Shown: positions 26,356-42,046 of the stretch, in pieces
How positions within the stretch are numbered: position 1 is the stretch's first letter
Layout: each line of letters starts with the position of its first letter
DNA from: Octopus sinensis
Taxonomy: Eukaryota
Reading direction: 5' to 3'
NCBI RefSeq assembly: GCF_006345805.1
Contig: NC_043012.1
Span: 22,568,001 to 22,632,000 of the forward strand
DNA: 64,000 nt
Position numbers and translations under genes: made by a program
Notes under the pieces: model-generated
The model's database searches: none
Told to the model about the DNA's origin: nothing
Seen by the model: only the letters and a program-made list of their open reading frames with translations

Positions 26356-26962
26356 TATGGAAAATTGAAGCAGAACAGCTATAGAAGACGTTCCTCTATT
26401 TGTGATCAGTAATCACTCCTACCTCCACTACCACCAGCACAAAAGTACACTCCAGTGAATTCATTTAAGGAAAAAACCAGCCCAGCACTTTCTGAAAAAA
26501 CATGCTATGTTTCCAAAACCAATTTTGTGTTTGTTTATTTGATGCTATGTATACTGTAAAAGGTGAAAACTTCTTATACCACAAGAACTTTTTCAGTCAT
26601 ATAATAACAGACTATCTCCATTTTAAATCTCATGATAACAAATGCTTCTTCTCTATATAATCTTCCCATTACAAGCATTATTCTAGAAAAAAAAATTATT
26701 TCTAATTTCTTGTTTTAATCCATTAGACTTTCCTGATGGTGAAAAAAAAAAAAAGACATAAATAGATAGATAGATAAGTATATAAAAAAAACCACAAAGG
26801 GCCATAACCCACAATACCTTTACAAGACTGATTCTGCTGGTTATAGCAGACAATATCTATTCACCAGAAAAGAGCCATTATTCTGATTTTATGCATACCA
26901 TTTTATAATTATCGTGTTTTCAATGTATGCACATACACATACAATGTGTGAATGTGTGTGTA

Positions 26963-27022
<60 letters not shown>

Positions 27023-27047
27023 TGTATATATGTGTATATATACATAT

Positions 27048-27174
<127 letters not shown>

Positions 27175-27255
27175 AATACATGCATATATGTATATGCATA
27201 TATATGTGTGTATATATACACACACACACATCATACATGCATATATATGAATATG

Positions 27256-27286
<31 letters not shown>

Positions 27287-27919
27287 TAAGTATATATACA
27301 CACACCCCATATACACAAATATATATGCACAGGGAATGCACATGTACCCATAGACACACACATTAATAAAAGTGAAAGAGTATTTTTGTTTGTGCATGAC
27401 TCTTTTAACCTCCTCAATATGAAGAACAAAATGCATTCCCCCCACCCCCACCTGCTTCAATAAATTATGCAATAAAATCACAGCAGCAGCAGCAGCAGCC
27501 AGTGAATGTCTTAAAAGAACTACTTGTAGACAGTGAGAATTGGTAGTATAGTTCCGATATCCTCGCGCCATCATCGTTATGGAGTGTAATTGGAACAATA
27601 AGTACTACCACAACACCACATGCTCCAGCATGGCCGCAGTCAAATGACTGAAACAAGCAAAAGAGAGAGTATGAAGACGTAAACGTAAAAAAGAGGAGGA
27701 ATCAATTGAGCGTTTTATAGCTTTAACATCAACAAGAAAATTTAATTCAGCTTCGTTAACAGGACATAATGAGAAAGAATATGAATTAGATTATAAATGA
27801 ATAAACCATTTTTGTTTACTCTGAACTAGCAGTATCAGGGAAGTTTACTGGGTTTATGCATATACATATATATAATACACACATACACATATTATATATA
27901 TATATGTGTGTGTGTGTGT

Positions 27920-28308
27920 GGTGCAGGAGTGGCTGTGTGGTAAGTAGCTTGTTCACCAACCACATGGTTCCGGGTTCAGTCCCATTGCATGGCATCTTGG
28001 GCAAGTGTCTTCTGCTATAGCCTCGGGCCGACCAAAGCCTTGTGAGTGGATTTGGATGACGGAAACTGAAAGAAGCCTGTCATATATATGTATGTGTTTG
28101 TGTGTCTGTGTTTGTCCCCCTAGCATTGCTTGGCAACCAATGCTGGTGTGTTTACGTCCCCGTTACTTAGTGGTTCGGCAAAAGAGACCGATAGAATAAG
28201 TACTGAGCTTACAAAAAGAATAAGTCCCGGGGTCGATTTGCTCGACTAAAGGCGGTTTTCCAGCATGGCCGCAGTCAAATGACTGAAACAAATAAAAAAG
28301 TAAGAGAG
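27920..28308 (+). mobile_element. Full-length SINE family A flanked by a roughly 100-bp direct duplication
   Basis: CpG-rich intact copy. TAAACCATTTT..ACTCTGAAC..CAGGGAAGTTT..ACTGGGTTTATG occurs from 27802 and again from 28309. Confidence 0.92.
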
Positions 28309-28396
28309 TAAACCATTTTTTTTTACTCTGAACAAACAGAATCAGGGAAGTTTAACTGGGTTTATGTATAAACATATATATAATACATACATACAC

Positions 28397-28480
<84 letters not shown>

Positions 28481-28483
28481 CTC

Positions 28484-28547
<64 letters not shown>

Positions 28548-28844
28548 GATGATATATATATTGGGGAGAAAATGGGATCAAAAAATCAAGGCAGATATCA
28601 ATAAAGCACTCAGTTTTAATCGAATTTGGTTAACTTTGAATTTAATTAATTTTGGATTGCCTTGAAAACATTGTGTTAACATGATTTTTTTTTTTTGGGG
28701 GGGGATATTAATTTCAGTGATATTATCTATATGTAAATATGTTAATACAACAGAAGCAGTTGCTGGTTTTGTAAAGTGAATTCTACAGTTATGTATGCAT
28801 GTATGTATATATGTACGTACAAGCATGTGTGAGTGAGGGGGGGT

Positions 28845-29092
28845 GTATATCGCCTTGACAGGCTTCCATATGCCACCTTGACTTGCTTCCATGCCGGTGG
28901 CATGTAAAAAGCACCAGCTGATTGTGGCCGTTGCCATCCTCCTCTGGCCCGTACCGGTGGCACGTAAAAAGCACCCACTACACACTCGGAGTGGGTGGCA
29001 TAGAAACATTGCCAGATCAGACTGGAGCCTGGTGCAGCCTCTTGGCTTCCCAGACCTCAGTCAAACCATCCAACCCATGCCAGCATGGAAAA
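28845..29092 (+). mobile_element. Family C element
   Basis: GGTGGCACGTAAAAAGCACC modules and CCAACCCATGCCAGCATGGAAA tail. Confidence 0.82.
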
Positions 29093-29236
29093 CAGATAGA
29101 TTGGTTGCTAGATTGCTTGTTACAAAAAGGAGACGAGTACTTTTTTTTTCACTCACTATTATCTCAATATTAATTCGGTGACAGTTCCTACTCGACTCAA
29201 CTTCTTCCTAAATAGACATCTGTTTTCATTCTGGCA

Positions 29237-29277
<41 letters not shown>

Positions 29278-29702
29278 TAGAGAGAAAGAGAGAGAGAGAC
29301 TTTGTTTCTATGAGTAGCCATGGGAAAATGAATAGCAGTGTGTATTATGCTTTGTATATTGGTACCTAACTAATTGTGATTCTACATTAGTGATTAAGCG
29401 TTGAATAGATGTAGTGGCTGAGTATATGTCCTCCTATTGGGTATGGACATACTATCTAATGTCTGCTGCTAATATTTAATAAGAATAGCTTTCACTTTAT
29501 CACATCAAGAAAGAAAACAACAAAGAGAGAACAAAATGGAACTACAAAATAAAAAGTAATCAATGGAAAAAGAACAAACAAAAATACAAAACAGGGTGAA
29601 GACTACATTGCTTCATTGCCCACAGGGCAGGGGCTAAACATAGAGGGGACAAACAAGGACAGACAACCCAGCGCTATGGCAGAAACACTTACTGAAGGTA
29701 CC

Positions 29703-30095
29703 TATTTCTTTATTACCCACAAGGGGCTAAACATAGAGGGGACAAACAAGGACAGACATAGGTATTAAGTCGATTATATCGACCCCAGTGGGAAGGCGGC
29801 GAGCTGGGCGAAAAGTTAGCACGCCGGGCAAAATGTGTAGCCGTATTTTGTCTGTCGTTATGTTCTGAGTTCAAATTCTGCCGAGGTTGACTTTGCCTTT
29901 CATCCTTTCGGGGTCGATAAATTAAGTACCAGTTACGCACTAGGGTCGATGTAATCGACTTAATCCCTCTGTCTGTCCTTGTTTGTCCCCTCTGTGTTTA
30001 GCCCCTTGTGGGTAGTAAAGAAATATATATCGACCCCAGTGCGTAACTGGTACTTAATTTATCGACCTCGAAAGGATGAAAGGCAAAGTCGACAC
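29703..30095. mobile_element. Nested family B SINEs: a plus copy (29791-30025) inserted antisense into a minus copy
   Basis: 16-bp TSD TATATCGACCCCAGTG at 29775-29790 and 30026-30041; the host copy resumes after the second TSD. Confidence 0.92.
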
Positions 30096-33000
30096 CATGC
30101 AGTAGAATGAAACCAAGGTGCTCCTGATAGCAAAACAAACTTCTTAAACCACACAGCCAAACCTGTCTCCATAGAACCAGTCTGGCATTCTCTGCACACT
30201 GTAGTCTATCAATTTACAAGTTCATTTCCAATAAGTTTAGTACACCAGCATTGAATAAATATTTTTGTCTGCTTTTCGATTTTATAGAAAGCTAAATGGA
30301 GAAGAATTAGTTTGAAGCTTAAATATGGCACAGTATGGTTCGACAGACTGAATAAAAATTTGGCACCTCGTCCACTAAACTATTTCAAATCCTCCCTCCC
30401 TTCCTCTTCATAATTGTTTTAATTACCATTTAGCATACTGGCATGGGTTCGACAAGTCTGCAATTTTACATTATCACAACTTCTTTTGCACTGTAATGAT
30501 CTTGAATGTGCACCCTAACACTCTGAGATTTAACTTTGTCATTTCTTACACACATAATACTTTCCTGGTTGTAATTTTGGTCTAGTTCAAGCTCGTTAAG
30601 TATTAACTATTTGGTTCTACTCAATCTCTTATTCAGTAGATTCTGAAATTTTTCTTATTCTGACATCTTCTAAATCAACTCACTTTCGTATTTTATATCA
30701 AGCAATTAAACACATCGGATTCATATTTTCCATCAATTCTTACCATGTTTTCTTGTTATCATTTTAACTCGTTCAGAAAGCCCCCAACATTCCAATTCTG
30801 AAGTTAAAGTGTGTCGAAGACCTGAACAGATGCTTGCAGTTGGCCATCTCTTGGGAAGGTCTAACACTTCTTAGTTTTGCCAACTGTCAATCAATCCCCA
30901 ATTTATATATAATGGAATTCCCAGTTTGACGAAAATTCTATATAGTTTTTGTAACAAGTAATTTCATCTTTATATAAGCTTCAATCAGATTCAGTGTTTT
31001 CCTTCTTTGTGTTACCAGATTTCCAAACCATTTCAGCGCTGTAGGTGTTATGTTGTCAACTAATAGTTTTCTAAACTAGAGAGTGAGGCAACGCATTCTA
31101 TTTGTCGAGATACATGGCTGTCTTTACTAGCATTTATTTTATATTATTTCCTTTCTTTGTCATGTTTCATTTTCAACATATCAAATAACCCAGTTTTTCT
31201 ATTCCACCTGTGGTATGGAAAATAGCAAATTAGTTTATTATTTTTCTTCAGATTGTATTACATTTTCTGACTAAATTCTAATAGCCTAATCTCTTTTCCC
31301 ATTTTAATCCCCTACCCAAGACTTTTATATAAGCTAGGACATGGAAAAAAAAAAAAAAGATTGTTTTCCATTGGGTGGTCATTAAAGTTTTCTTTTTGTT
31401 TTTGTTTTTGTTTTTTTTTTTTTTTTTTTTTTTTTACTAAGATTAATCATGTTTTCATCCTGTTTCATCAGCCACAGTCAACCTTGCATGAATCATACAC
31501 ACATTTCTTTTGAAAGTTAATCATCCAACCCAGTCTCTTAAAATATATGCAGATCAAAATCAACAAAAAATAACCATAGTCATCACTGTCCTCACCACCG
31601 CCACCGCCACCGCCACCACCGTTTAATGCCTGCTTGGCCACTTTACCATGCTTGCATGGGTCAGAAGAAGATTATTCAGGTAGATTTTCTAGAGCCTGAT
31701 GCTCTTCCTGTCACCAACTCTTATTTGTTTCCTCGCAAAATGATATTTACCCATGACCAGACAAGCTGTCAGAGAAGGCTGGAAATGAAAGCCACTCATT
31801 CACAGCTATTACGCAATGTCAAGACATGGAGACACAAACATATGCTCACTCACACATATGTACACACATACATACATATATGATGGGCTTCTTTCAGTTT
31901 CCCTCTACTGAGTCCACTCGCAAGGATTTGGTCAGACTGGGGCTATTGTTGAAGACACTTACCCAAGGCGCCACAAAGCGGCACTGAATCTGAACCAAAT
32001 GGTTGGGAAGCAAGCTACTTACCACACAGCCACACTTGCACCTATTCATATTAAGATTAAATGCAGATCTAAACAGAAAAGGGAATGTAGCTAAGGGAAT
32101 AAAAATAAACAACAAAAACAAACTGGATGCAACTGATCAGGGTTCAAATTCAGCCTAAACAGACTTGTATTCCTCTGACCAATGGTGAGTGAGAACTAAT
32201 AATGTAGGACAAAAGTTGTCTTTGTTTTTAAGTAACTGATGTTAATATTCATAAATACTAGGGGAAAACTGCCCGGAGGATGGAATTTCTGCTAGTAAAA
32301 AGGATAATACTTATACTGCTGGGGGTCATCTTTGCCTTTTATCCTTCCGGGCTCAGTAAAATAAGTACCAGTCGACCACTGGGATCAATGTAATTGACTG
32401 ACCCCTACCACCAAAATTGCAGGCCTTGTGTGAAAATTTGAAACCAATACTAATACTTTCTATGATAGGCACAGGGCCTGAAATTTAGGAGTAGGGGACT
32501 AGTTGACCCCAGTGCTCGGGTGATACTATTTTTTATCAACTCTGAAAGGATGACAGAGTTTGAACTCAGAACATAAAACTGGAAGAAATGCTGAGAAGCA
32601 TTTTGTCTAGCTTGCTAACGATTCTACCAGCTTGTTACCTTAATTTTAATAATAGCAACTCGTTCTGAGTTCAAATTCTGCCGAGTTTGACTTTGCCTTT
32701 CATCCTTTTGGGGGTCAATAAATTAAGTACCAGTTGCATACTGGGGTCGATCTAATTGACTGGCCCCCCCTCCCCCAAAATTTCGAGCCTTGTGTTTAGA
32801 GTAGAAAAGAAAAATAATAGCAACTTTCAGTGATAACTGCTCAACAGAGCATAACACATTTGCTAACTAACCAGAATTGTAGTATTGTAGCAAGGCCTAG
32901 ATTCAAAACTGTGCAGGTTTAGTAACTCAGATCAGGCCACATCAGATCAGGCAACTTTTCCCTGAATATCAACCAGTCATTTTGCAGCAAAATCACCCCA

Positions 33001-34832
33001 TATTATGGAATATTCCTGTGTATACAGGGGGATATAAAAGTAAAAGCCACCAAAGGTAGACACATCAAACTGGAAGTGCACACACATGGAACTGACAATC
33101 AAGATGTTAGAAAACAGATGTCTTGGCTGCTACTGGGCCTCGGCTTAGAGAGACAATGAGGAACAGAGTATTTTCTTGCCTCTGATACGAAGCCATTCTT
33201 AACTTCTATTAACTCCACTTACTACTGAGAGAGCACAATACAGCCCTGGCAAACATCTGTACAATTATGTAAATAACGAAAGTTGCACATTTGTATAAAT
33301 ATATGCTTATCAAATGCTGTTCGCTGTTGGTTTTAATATGGGAGAGCACACAGCCTAAACATCATACCAATTAATCAAGACTCATTCAAGCCAGTCCAAC
33401 AATATATCTTCTTACAGTAACACACACACACACACACAGAAATCTCTAATCATAGCATATCAAATATTGAACAATCAGGCTAGTACAGAACCAAGAGCAT
33501 AACATTTCTCATTTGGACTTAACTACAAACTGTATCAACATTTTGTTTAAAGCTTCAAGATGCACAGACTTTTGAAGGATCATCATCATCATCATCGTCA
33601 TCATCACCATCATCAGCAGCACTAGTGACAAAAGTATTGTATTAATGCCTACCGTTCCATGCTTCCATAGTGCCAGAAGAGAATACCTCAGAGCAGAATT
33701 TCCTACAGTTGGATTTTTACAATTTTACCGAGAAGACACCTGTCCAAGGTGTGGTTGCAGTGGAACTAAACCAGAAATCATGGAGTTGCTTCACTACACA
33801 GACATTCCTCCACCTCCTTGTTGCCATATTTACCTTTTCTTTTCTTTTCTGCCTCCCCCCCCAACCCCCCTCTCTCTATCTATCTATTTGTGTGTGTGTG
33901 TGTGTGTGTGTGTGATAGGATTTCAGTCAACCAGATTCCGCAAGCAAGTTATTGGTCAAACTGAGGCTATAGTAAAAGACATTTGACCAAGATGCTATGC
34001 AGTTGGACTAAACCCAGAACCTTGTATAAATGTGAAGTGAACACACAGTCATGCCTGTGCCTGTTATATATGCGTATGTGTAAGAACCTCCAAGTGTGTG
34101 TGTGCATTCGTGCGAGCATGTCTGTGTATCTGTCCATGTGTGTGTGTGAAGTGGCAATGACCGAATGGATAATTTATTAGCATCATATCTGAAAGTTCCT
34201 GAATTCACAACCCATAGCGGGTGTCATATTATGGCTGGAGAAAGAAATGACATACGTAAAATGGCAAAACATAATGATTGAGAGTCTGTGTATGATATGA
34301 GCATCGTGATGTATCATCTTGTGTCCATGTCTAAGACAGTTGTTGATGACCAGGCCTACCTTATCTGCAAATAAGGACAAATGGCTAATACAAGTCACTG
34401 TCTTGTATCTTATTTGTTTCCGTCACTGGACTGTGGCCATACAGGGGCATCACCTTGAAGGTGGTTTAATTGGTACAAAAACTTCTCCAGAATCCAAAAT
34501 TTTTTAAATCTGGTAATTATTGTATTAACATCTTGTTTGGAAACCACCAAGTTATAGGACCATAAACATATTGAGCAGTGGGAAGTGAGGGTGGGGACAG
34601 ATTCACGCATACACACACATAATGAGCATCGGCACAGCTTCTACCTACCAAATTCACTTGCAAGGCATTGGTCAGCCCAAGCTACAATTGCATGGTTTTG
34701 GGTTCAGTCCCATTGCATGGCACCTTGGGCAAGTGTCTTTCATTATGACCACAAACTGACCCTGATCAGCTTGTGGTCATAGTGAATTTGGTTGATGAAA
34801 ACTGTGTAGAAGCCCATTTTGGGTATATATAT

Positions 34833-34864
<32 letters not shown>

Positions 34865-34894
34865 ATATATATATTATATATATATATATATAGG

Positions 34895-35165
34895 CCCCTG
34901 ACTGGCCTCCGTGCTGGTGGCACGTAAAAAAACACCATCCGATCGTGGCCGTTTGCCTGCCTCGTCTGGCACCTGTGCAAGTGGCATGTAAAGAGCACCC
35001 ACTATACTCATGGAGTGGTTGGTGTTAGGAAGAGCATCCAGCAGTAGAGACCATGCCAAATCAAATTGGAACCTGATCCAGCTCTCCGGCTCATCAGCTT
35101 CAGCCAAACCGTCCAACCCATACCAGCTTGGAAAGCAGATGTAAAATGATGATGATGATGATGAT
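34895..35165 (+). mobile_element. Family C element with two structured modules
   Basis: Two GTGGCA(C/T)GTAAA..CACC units, then GGTTGGTGTTAGGAAGAGCATCCAG and a (GAT)n tail. Confidence 0.85.
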
Positions 35166-36636
35166 GGTAGTGGTGGTGCTTGAAAACTGATGATGTTTTG
35201 TTTTGTCCCCATAACTTAGCGGTTTGATAAAAGAGGCTGATAGATTAAGTAAGATACTCTTTTACTCTTTTACTTGTTTCAGTCATTTGACTGCGGCCAT
35301 GCTGGAGCACCACCTTTTAGACTGAACAAAAAAAAAGGTATTGGGGGGGGGGGTCGATTTGCTCAACTAAACTCTTCAAGGTGGTGCCCCAGCATGACCG
35401 CAGTCCAATGATCGAAACAAACAAAAGATTAAAAAAAAAATAAGATAAAAGACAAAATGAGAGTAAGTGAATTTGTATGTTTGTACATGTTGTTCATGGC
35501 GTTGGCAAATGATAATTGGTTGCAACCTCAAGTGCACCAAACGATACTGCTGACAACAAAACAGGACCGAAAAACCAGTTTAACAGCAAGGCAGACTTGC
35601 AAGCAACTTGAGCAGTTTACTTTACCTAAAATATAATCAAGCAAGGTTTACAATGTAGTTAGTTAAACTGTGGAAAAAAAAATGTCATTGAGATTTCAAA
35701 CTCTTAAAGCCATGGAACATCTTAGTTATTGATTCAATTCTTAACAATATCCGTTCAACATTCAAACGTTTACCTATTGATTTACTTAATTTCATGGTTG
35801 ACCACACACCTTGATTTGTTTCAACAATTATTGTTTGGCTATTTCCAAAAAAACTGTATGGTAAATATTTTCAATGTGAGTTTTGCATAATTTTCTTATA
35901 GAAAATAATTAATAAAAATAAAAAAAACAAAAAAAAAAAACAGAAAGAAAATAAATACATCTTGCAAAAAGTTTGTGAATCTTGAAGTTCTAGAATAAAG
36001 AACAAAATGTTAACACAACATAACACAATTGGTAGTTAAGTTTGAAATGAGAAATGTTATGTTCTTGGTTCAATACCAATCTAGTCATTCAACATTTGGT
36101 GAGCTAAGAATAGAGACTTCTAATATAAGTACAAATAACCAAACCTACTTAATCTGTTCGTCGATAGAGGAAGTACTGGCAGAGAGAGGGGCGGAGGAGG
36201 AACGGGGAGGGAGAGAATGAGTGCAAAGGAGAGTAAAAGAAAGAGAGAGAGAGAGAGAGAAAGAGAGGGAAAGAATAAGTGCAAAGAAGAGAGAGAGAGA
36301 GAAGCTTGGCAGGCAGTAATATCTTCTTTCATGGCTAACACTGTCACATGACACATGTGTGACCAGCCATTAAATAAGATCTATGCCTTCCTCCAGCCAA
36401 CAGCTCTATTACAGGGATTACCAGTCAGATTATATCACAATGAAAATAATTTAATTTGCTGATGGCTGATCTTGATTGCAGGGGAAAGACACGGGGAATA
36501 AATAGACAGAAATACTACGCAGAAGAAGCCAGTTGTCGTTCCCTTGGACTGGACTGCTGCTCTTTTTATTCTCTACCTATTTTCAAGCATCTATCCACTT
36601 TTATCTTTATCCACAGTATATAATATATATATATTA

Positions 36637-36670
<34 letters not shown>

Positions 36671-36739
36671 ATATATATATATATTATATATATATATGAA
36701 AATATATATAATATATATACAAATTGAGTTGTATTATAA

Positions 36740-36776
<37 letters not shown>

Positions 36777-36787
36777 TAATATATATG

Positions 36788-36819
<32 letters not shown>

Positions 36820-36853
36820 TATATGTATATATATATCTATATATATATATGTA

Positions 36854-36894
<41 letters not shown>

Positions 36895-36907
36895 ATATAT
36901 ATATATA

Positions 36908-36947
<40 letters not shown>

Positions 36948-38690
36948 CACACATATATATATATATATATAATGTATATATGCTGTATTGGCAAGCTTTA
37001 TTCTCTTCTTTATATTAAATGCTAAACATACAATATTAACTGAGTAATGAAACTGGTTGGTATATAAATCAGCTTTTTTATCCTTATCTTTTTACACATA
37101 ATGACACCAATGATGATGTCACTAATGATGATGATGATGATGATTATGATGATGATGATGGGGATGATGTTAGTGATGAAGCTGAAGAAGAAACAATGAA
37201 GAAGAGACAAAGAAAGGATGTTCTTGTTTGTGAAACAAAAAGAAAGGGGCTTTTCCACACACACACACACACACACAAAAATGTGTGTATATGTCAGTCA
37301 TAGGCCATGCAACAGCAGGAGAGTATTTGATGTATCAATGACTTTAGTCTTTAAGCTTCAAACATTGCACTAAGTGTGGAATAACAAAAATGAGGGGGGG
37401 GGAAGAAAAATCATACAAAAAAAGACAATCACATCAAAAAAATATATATAAAAAAAAACTGAAAGAAAAAGTCTTGCGAAATTAATGGTATGATACATTA
37501 ATGAAATAGCGGAGAAACAGTATTTGTGTAGTTAAGGTGATGAAGTCATTACCAAATGGCCATGACTTTTACAGTTTTTTTTTTATTATTATTTATTCTT
37601 CTTATTTTTTTTTTTTTTTTTTTACCTTTTTTCTGCTAGTATTGTGGCTTGTGCTTACGCAAGGAGACAGAATAGCCAACTTGCTACGGTTAACGTTAGC
37701 GTGTGAAAGATAGGTGCAAACACCCACTACACAGATGAGTGATTAATGTCAGAAATAACACTGGAATATGAACGATGAAACTATTGCAGCAGCAATTTAC
37801 GGCCAAAATCAAAGAATAAAAGGAATATGAACTGGAGATGAAAGCTATACAAATATATATGTATGTACGTTAATATAAATATATATATGTTTGTGTGTGT
37901 ATATATGCAGGTATATCTATGTACGTATATGGACACATATTTAATAGTGCAAATATATAGTCCCAAGTGAGGGTAACTTCTTTTAGATAGAATAGTCAAG
38001 GTTATAATAAATATATAACTATTTACTTTATTTACTCTTGTACAAAATTTGATAATGCAGAAAAGATTTGGAAACAAAATATCGAATGGTTTTCCATTCA
38101 CAAAACTTGAACAAAGTCAATTAACATTTTAACCCTTTAGTTCAAACCCTGAGTTCAATGATATAAAAATGCTAGTCTTTTAAAAATGTTCATATGTAAA
38201 TAGGAGCAGGCATGGCTGTGTGGTTAAGAAAGTTGGTTTGCAACTGTGAAGTATCAGGTTCAATCCTCCTGTGTAGACCTTGCGTAAGTGCCTTCTACTA
38301 AAACCCCAGGCTGACCAGTGCCTTGTAAATGAATTTGGTAGATAGAAATTAAAGTGTAGAGTATTATATATCCATTATGGCCTGTCTTACAACTTGGTTT
38401 TGCACTGGATACGAAATGAGATGTTAGATAACAGTTCAGTTATATAACACCATATGGTTGTCAGAGCTGGCACATATGGGAAAAATATGCGGTGACGGCT
38501 CTCAGTTATGAGAATTGGGAAAAAGCTCATCCAGTTCATGGGTATTGTTATCTAATATCTGGTTCGATTCCCAGTGTGAAACTGTTTTGTAAGACTGGGT
38601 GAAATGGATCTATAATACTGTACACTCGATTGACCAATATATGAGTGTATACTTCTCTAATAAATATATATATTATTATAAATAATATAT

Positions 38691-38726
<36 letters not shown>

Positions 38727-38886
38727 GATGTATATATAAGTATGTATATATACATATATATGTGTATATATATATGTGTGTATGTGTATATATATATATG
38801 TATATGAGTGAGTGGACAAATGAAAGAAGGGCACTCATCAAGCTTGAAACTCGGAGTGCCAATGAATTTGAATCAGCTGTTTTGAT

Positions 38887-38924
<38 letters not shown>

Positions 38925-39064
38925 TCATCATCATTGTTTAACATCCACTTTTCACAAATGCATGGATAGGATGGTTAATAGGAGCTGGCCAGGTAGAAAA
39001 ACTACCCTAGGCTACTGTGTCTGTTTTGGCAGGGATTTTACAATTGGATGCCCTTCCAAACACC

Positions 39065-39101
<37 letters not shown>

Positions 39102-39977
39102 GGTAGGGGTATATATGTGTGTGTGTGTGTGCATGTGTGGAAGTTGCCAACAGGCAACTATGGAAATTGAACTTGTACTCCTCAGTTAATGGTAGAACTG
39201 AGTACTCTATCATTAAGCTAAACTGCCCCTGACAACAATTACCATCAATTTTGATGCTAAATAATAGCTTTACAAATGTGACAACGTTTTAAAAACAAAC
39301 TTTGGAAGCGTTGAATGTAATTTTGTATTTTACAGACAAGAAAGTAAATTTTGAATGGAGTGAAGCTCTGAAAAGAGGAAGATTAGGTATTTACTCTTAT
39401 AAGCATACATACACATATGATGGGCTTCTTTCAGTTTCTGTCTACCAAATTCACTTACAAGGTTCTGATTGGTCTGGGTTTATAGAAGAAGACACCTACA
39501 CGAGGTGCCAAGTAGTGGGACTGAACCCCCCAAACCAAAGGGTCGCAAAGCAAACTTCTCAAGCCCATGTACTTATATGATTGGGCAATGTTTTATCAGA
39601 AGAATGATAGTGAAATCTTTACTTACTCAGTATGGCCAAGACAATAGGAATAAATGTTGTAAGCATTTGGGAAGTGAGAAACACGTATCTTTTCATCTCT
39701 GTCACAAGTTACGAGATATTTATCATCAGCAGTCAGCTTCTGCAAAGAAAGAATTAGAGAACACATCGGTAAGAGTTTGGCAATATAGAGCTAACATGAT
39801 AATAACCAATGATAATCACAATAACAGTTAAAATAGTTGACTAGGAGAAGGGGGTTCAAATTGTAGGGCTAGCCTACTGTGCTAGTCTGGTATTGCCTAT
39901 GAGCACAGGATAATGAATAATAAAGTTGACCCAGCTGGGAGTTGAACTCTGAATACAAATGGACATAACTGAATACC

Positions 39978-40210
39978 TATTTCTTTACTACCCACAAAGG
40001 GCTAAACACAGAGAGGACAAACAAGGACTGACAGACGGATTAAGTCGATTATATCGACCCCAGTGCATAACTGGTACTTAATTTATCGACCCCGAAAGGA
40101 TGAAAGGCAAAGTCAACCTCGGCGGAATTTGAACTCAGAACGTAACTGCAGACGAAATACCGCTAAGTATTTCGCCCGGCGTGCTAATGATTCTTATAGC
40201 TCGCTGCCCT
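39978..40210 (-). mobile_element. Full-length SINE family B with TSD
   Basis: 18-bp TSD TGGACATAACTGAATACC at 39960-39977 and 40211-40228. Confidence 0.93.
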
Positions 40211-40868
40211 TGGACATAACTGAATACCATTAATTATTCAGTCCCACCACACAAAACACTTTGAGTGAGTGTTTTCTAAATTAGCGTCAGGTCAACTGAA
40301 GCTATGAAAGGGAGATTTCTTTGGGACATAAATTAAGCAAAAGTCTACCCACCTATCTGTTTATCTGTGTTTCTTGGGAGAAGTTAAACAGTTTTGTGAA
40401 TGGTACTTACTCTTTACTCTCTTTTACTTGTTTCAGTCATTTGACTGCGGCCATGCTGGAGCACTGCCTTCAGTCGAGCATCTCGACCCCGGGACTTATT
40501 CTTTGTAAGCCCAGTACTTATTCTATCGGTCTCTTTTGCCGAACCGCTAAGTGACGAGGACATAAACAAACCAGCATCGGTTGTCAAGCAATGCTAGAGG
40601 GACTGCATGAAACTGTTAGTAGCTCTTTTTGCAATCCAGTGTATATATATATATATATATATACATACACATACACACACACATACATATATATATATAT
40701 ACACACATATATTTATACATATATATACATATATATATACACATTTATATATACATTTATATATATATATATATATATATACACATACATATGTATACAT
40801 GCATATATATATATATATATATACACATACATATGTATACATGCATATATATATATATACATACATAC

Positions 40869-40900
<32 letters not shown>

Positions 40901-40946
40901 CATACATACATATATATACTTATATATACATACATACATACATACA

Positions 40947-40982
<36 letters not shown>

Positions 40983-41197
40983 TATATTCACACTCACTCA
41001 CACTTGATATATTGAAAAAGAGTTACAGGTTCCATTATACAAACAAAGAAAAGAGGAAAGCATGGAAAAAAGAGTCTACTCACTGTTTTAAAGGCATAAT
41101 TTGAAAAACTGGAGGTTTAAAAATTTTAGCTGAATTAGCTTCAGATTAGAATTAACCAGGATGGAAAATGCACTTTAAATGATGATGATGATAATCT

Positions 41198-41258
<61 letters not shown>

Positions 41259-41825
41259 CATACATACATACATACATACATACATACATAGAGTATATGT
41301 AGATAGAAAGCTATATGTGTGTGCATGTATGTGTCTATATAAATACATAAATACACAGTGAGAGTGTATGAGCAATTACCACAGTGTATGTATGTGCAAT
41401 GTTGCATTGTGGTCACTTTAAGGTTAAACATTGTGCAATAAGGCTTATTATCAACTATCAAATAGCTGTTAATTACAATAACCTTGTGAACTCATTTAGG
41501 TACACTCACAGCAATATAATCTGCAAAGTACCATTAGTGACAGCATTCGCTTACAGTGTTTAGCCATCTGGCTATTATAGACACTTGAGTAATTACCTTA
41601 ACTGGAAATGTCCATGATGAAAAGGAAGACCATACCTATAGAAACCAATAGCAATTTACTCAGGGACACACAAACAGACAGACAGACACTCTACATATAA
41701 ACATATGTCTCTAAATACTTTTATACACATTCGTCTGAGTGCCTGTGTGTGCATATACAGTTGTGTGTGAGTATCTATATATTCATTTATTCACACTGCA
41801 TTCATATACATACTTTTAGATGCAT

Positions 41826-41882
<57 letters not shown>

Positions 41883-41945
41883 ATATATATATGTTATATA
41901 TATATACATATATATATATATTATATATATATATATATATATATC

Positions 41946-42046
<101 letters not shown>

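Noticed and set aside
30180-31300. 1.1-kb non-repetitive AT-rich stretch suspected to be a decayed LINE on the minus strand
   Set aside because: Manual translation gave no motif I could identify with confidence; it needs a profile search.
39710-39775. 60-nt open segment [20 protein letters not shown] with a GTAAGA donor
   Set aside because: It needs a rare AAG acceptor, has no recognisable homology and no partner exons.
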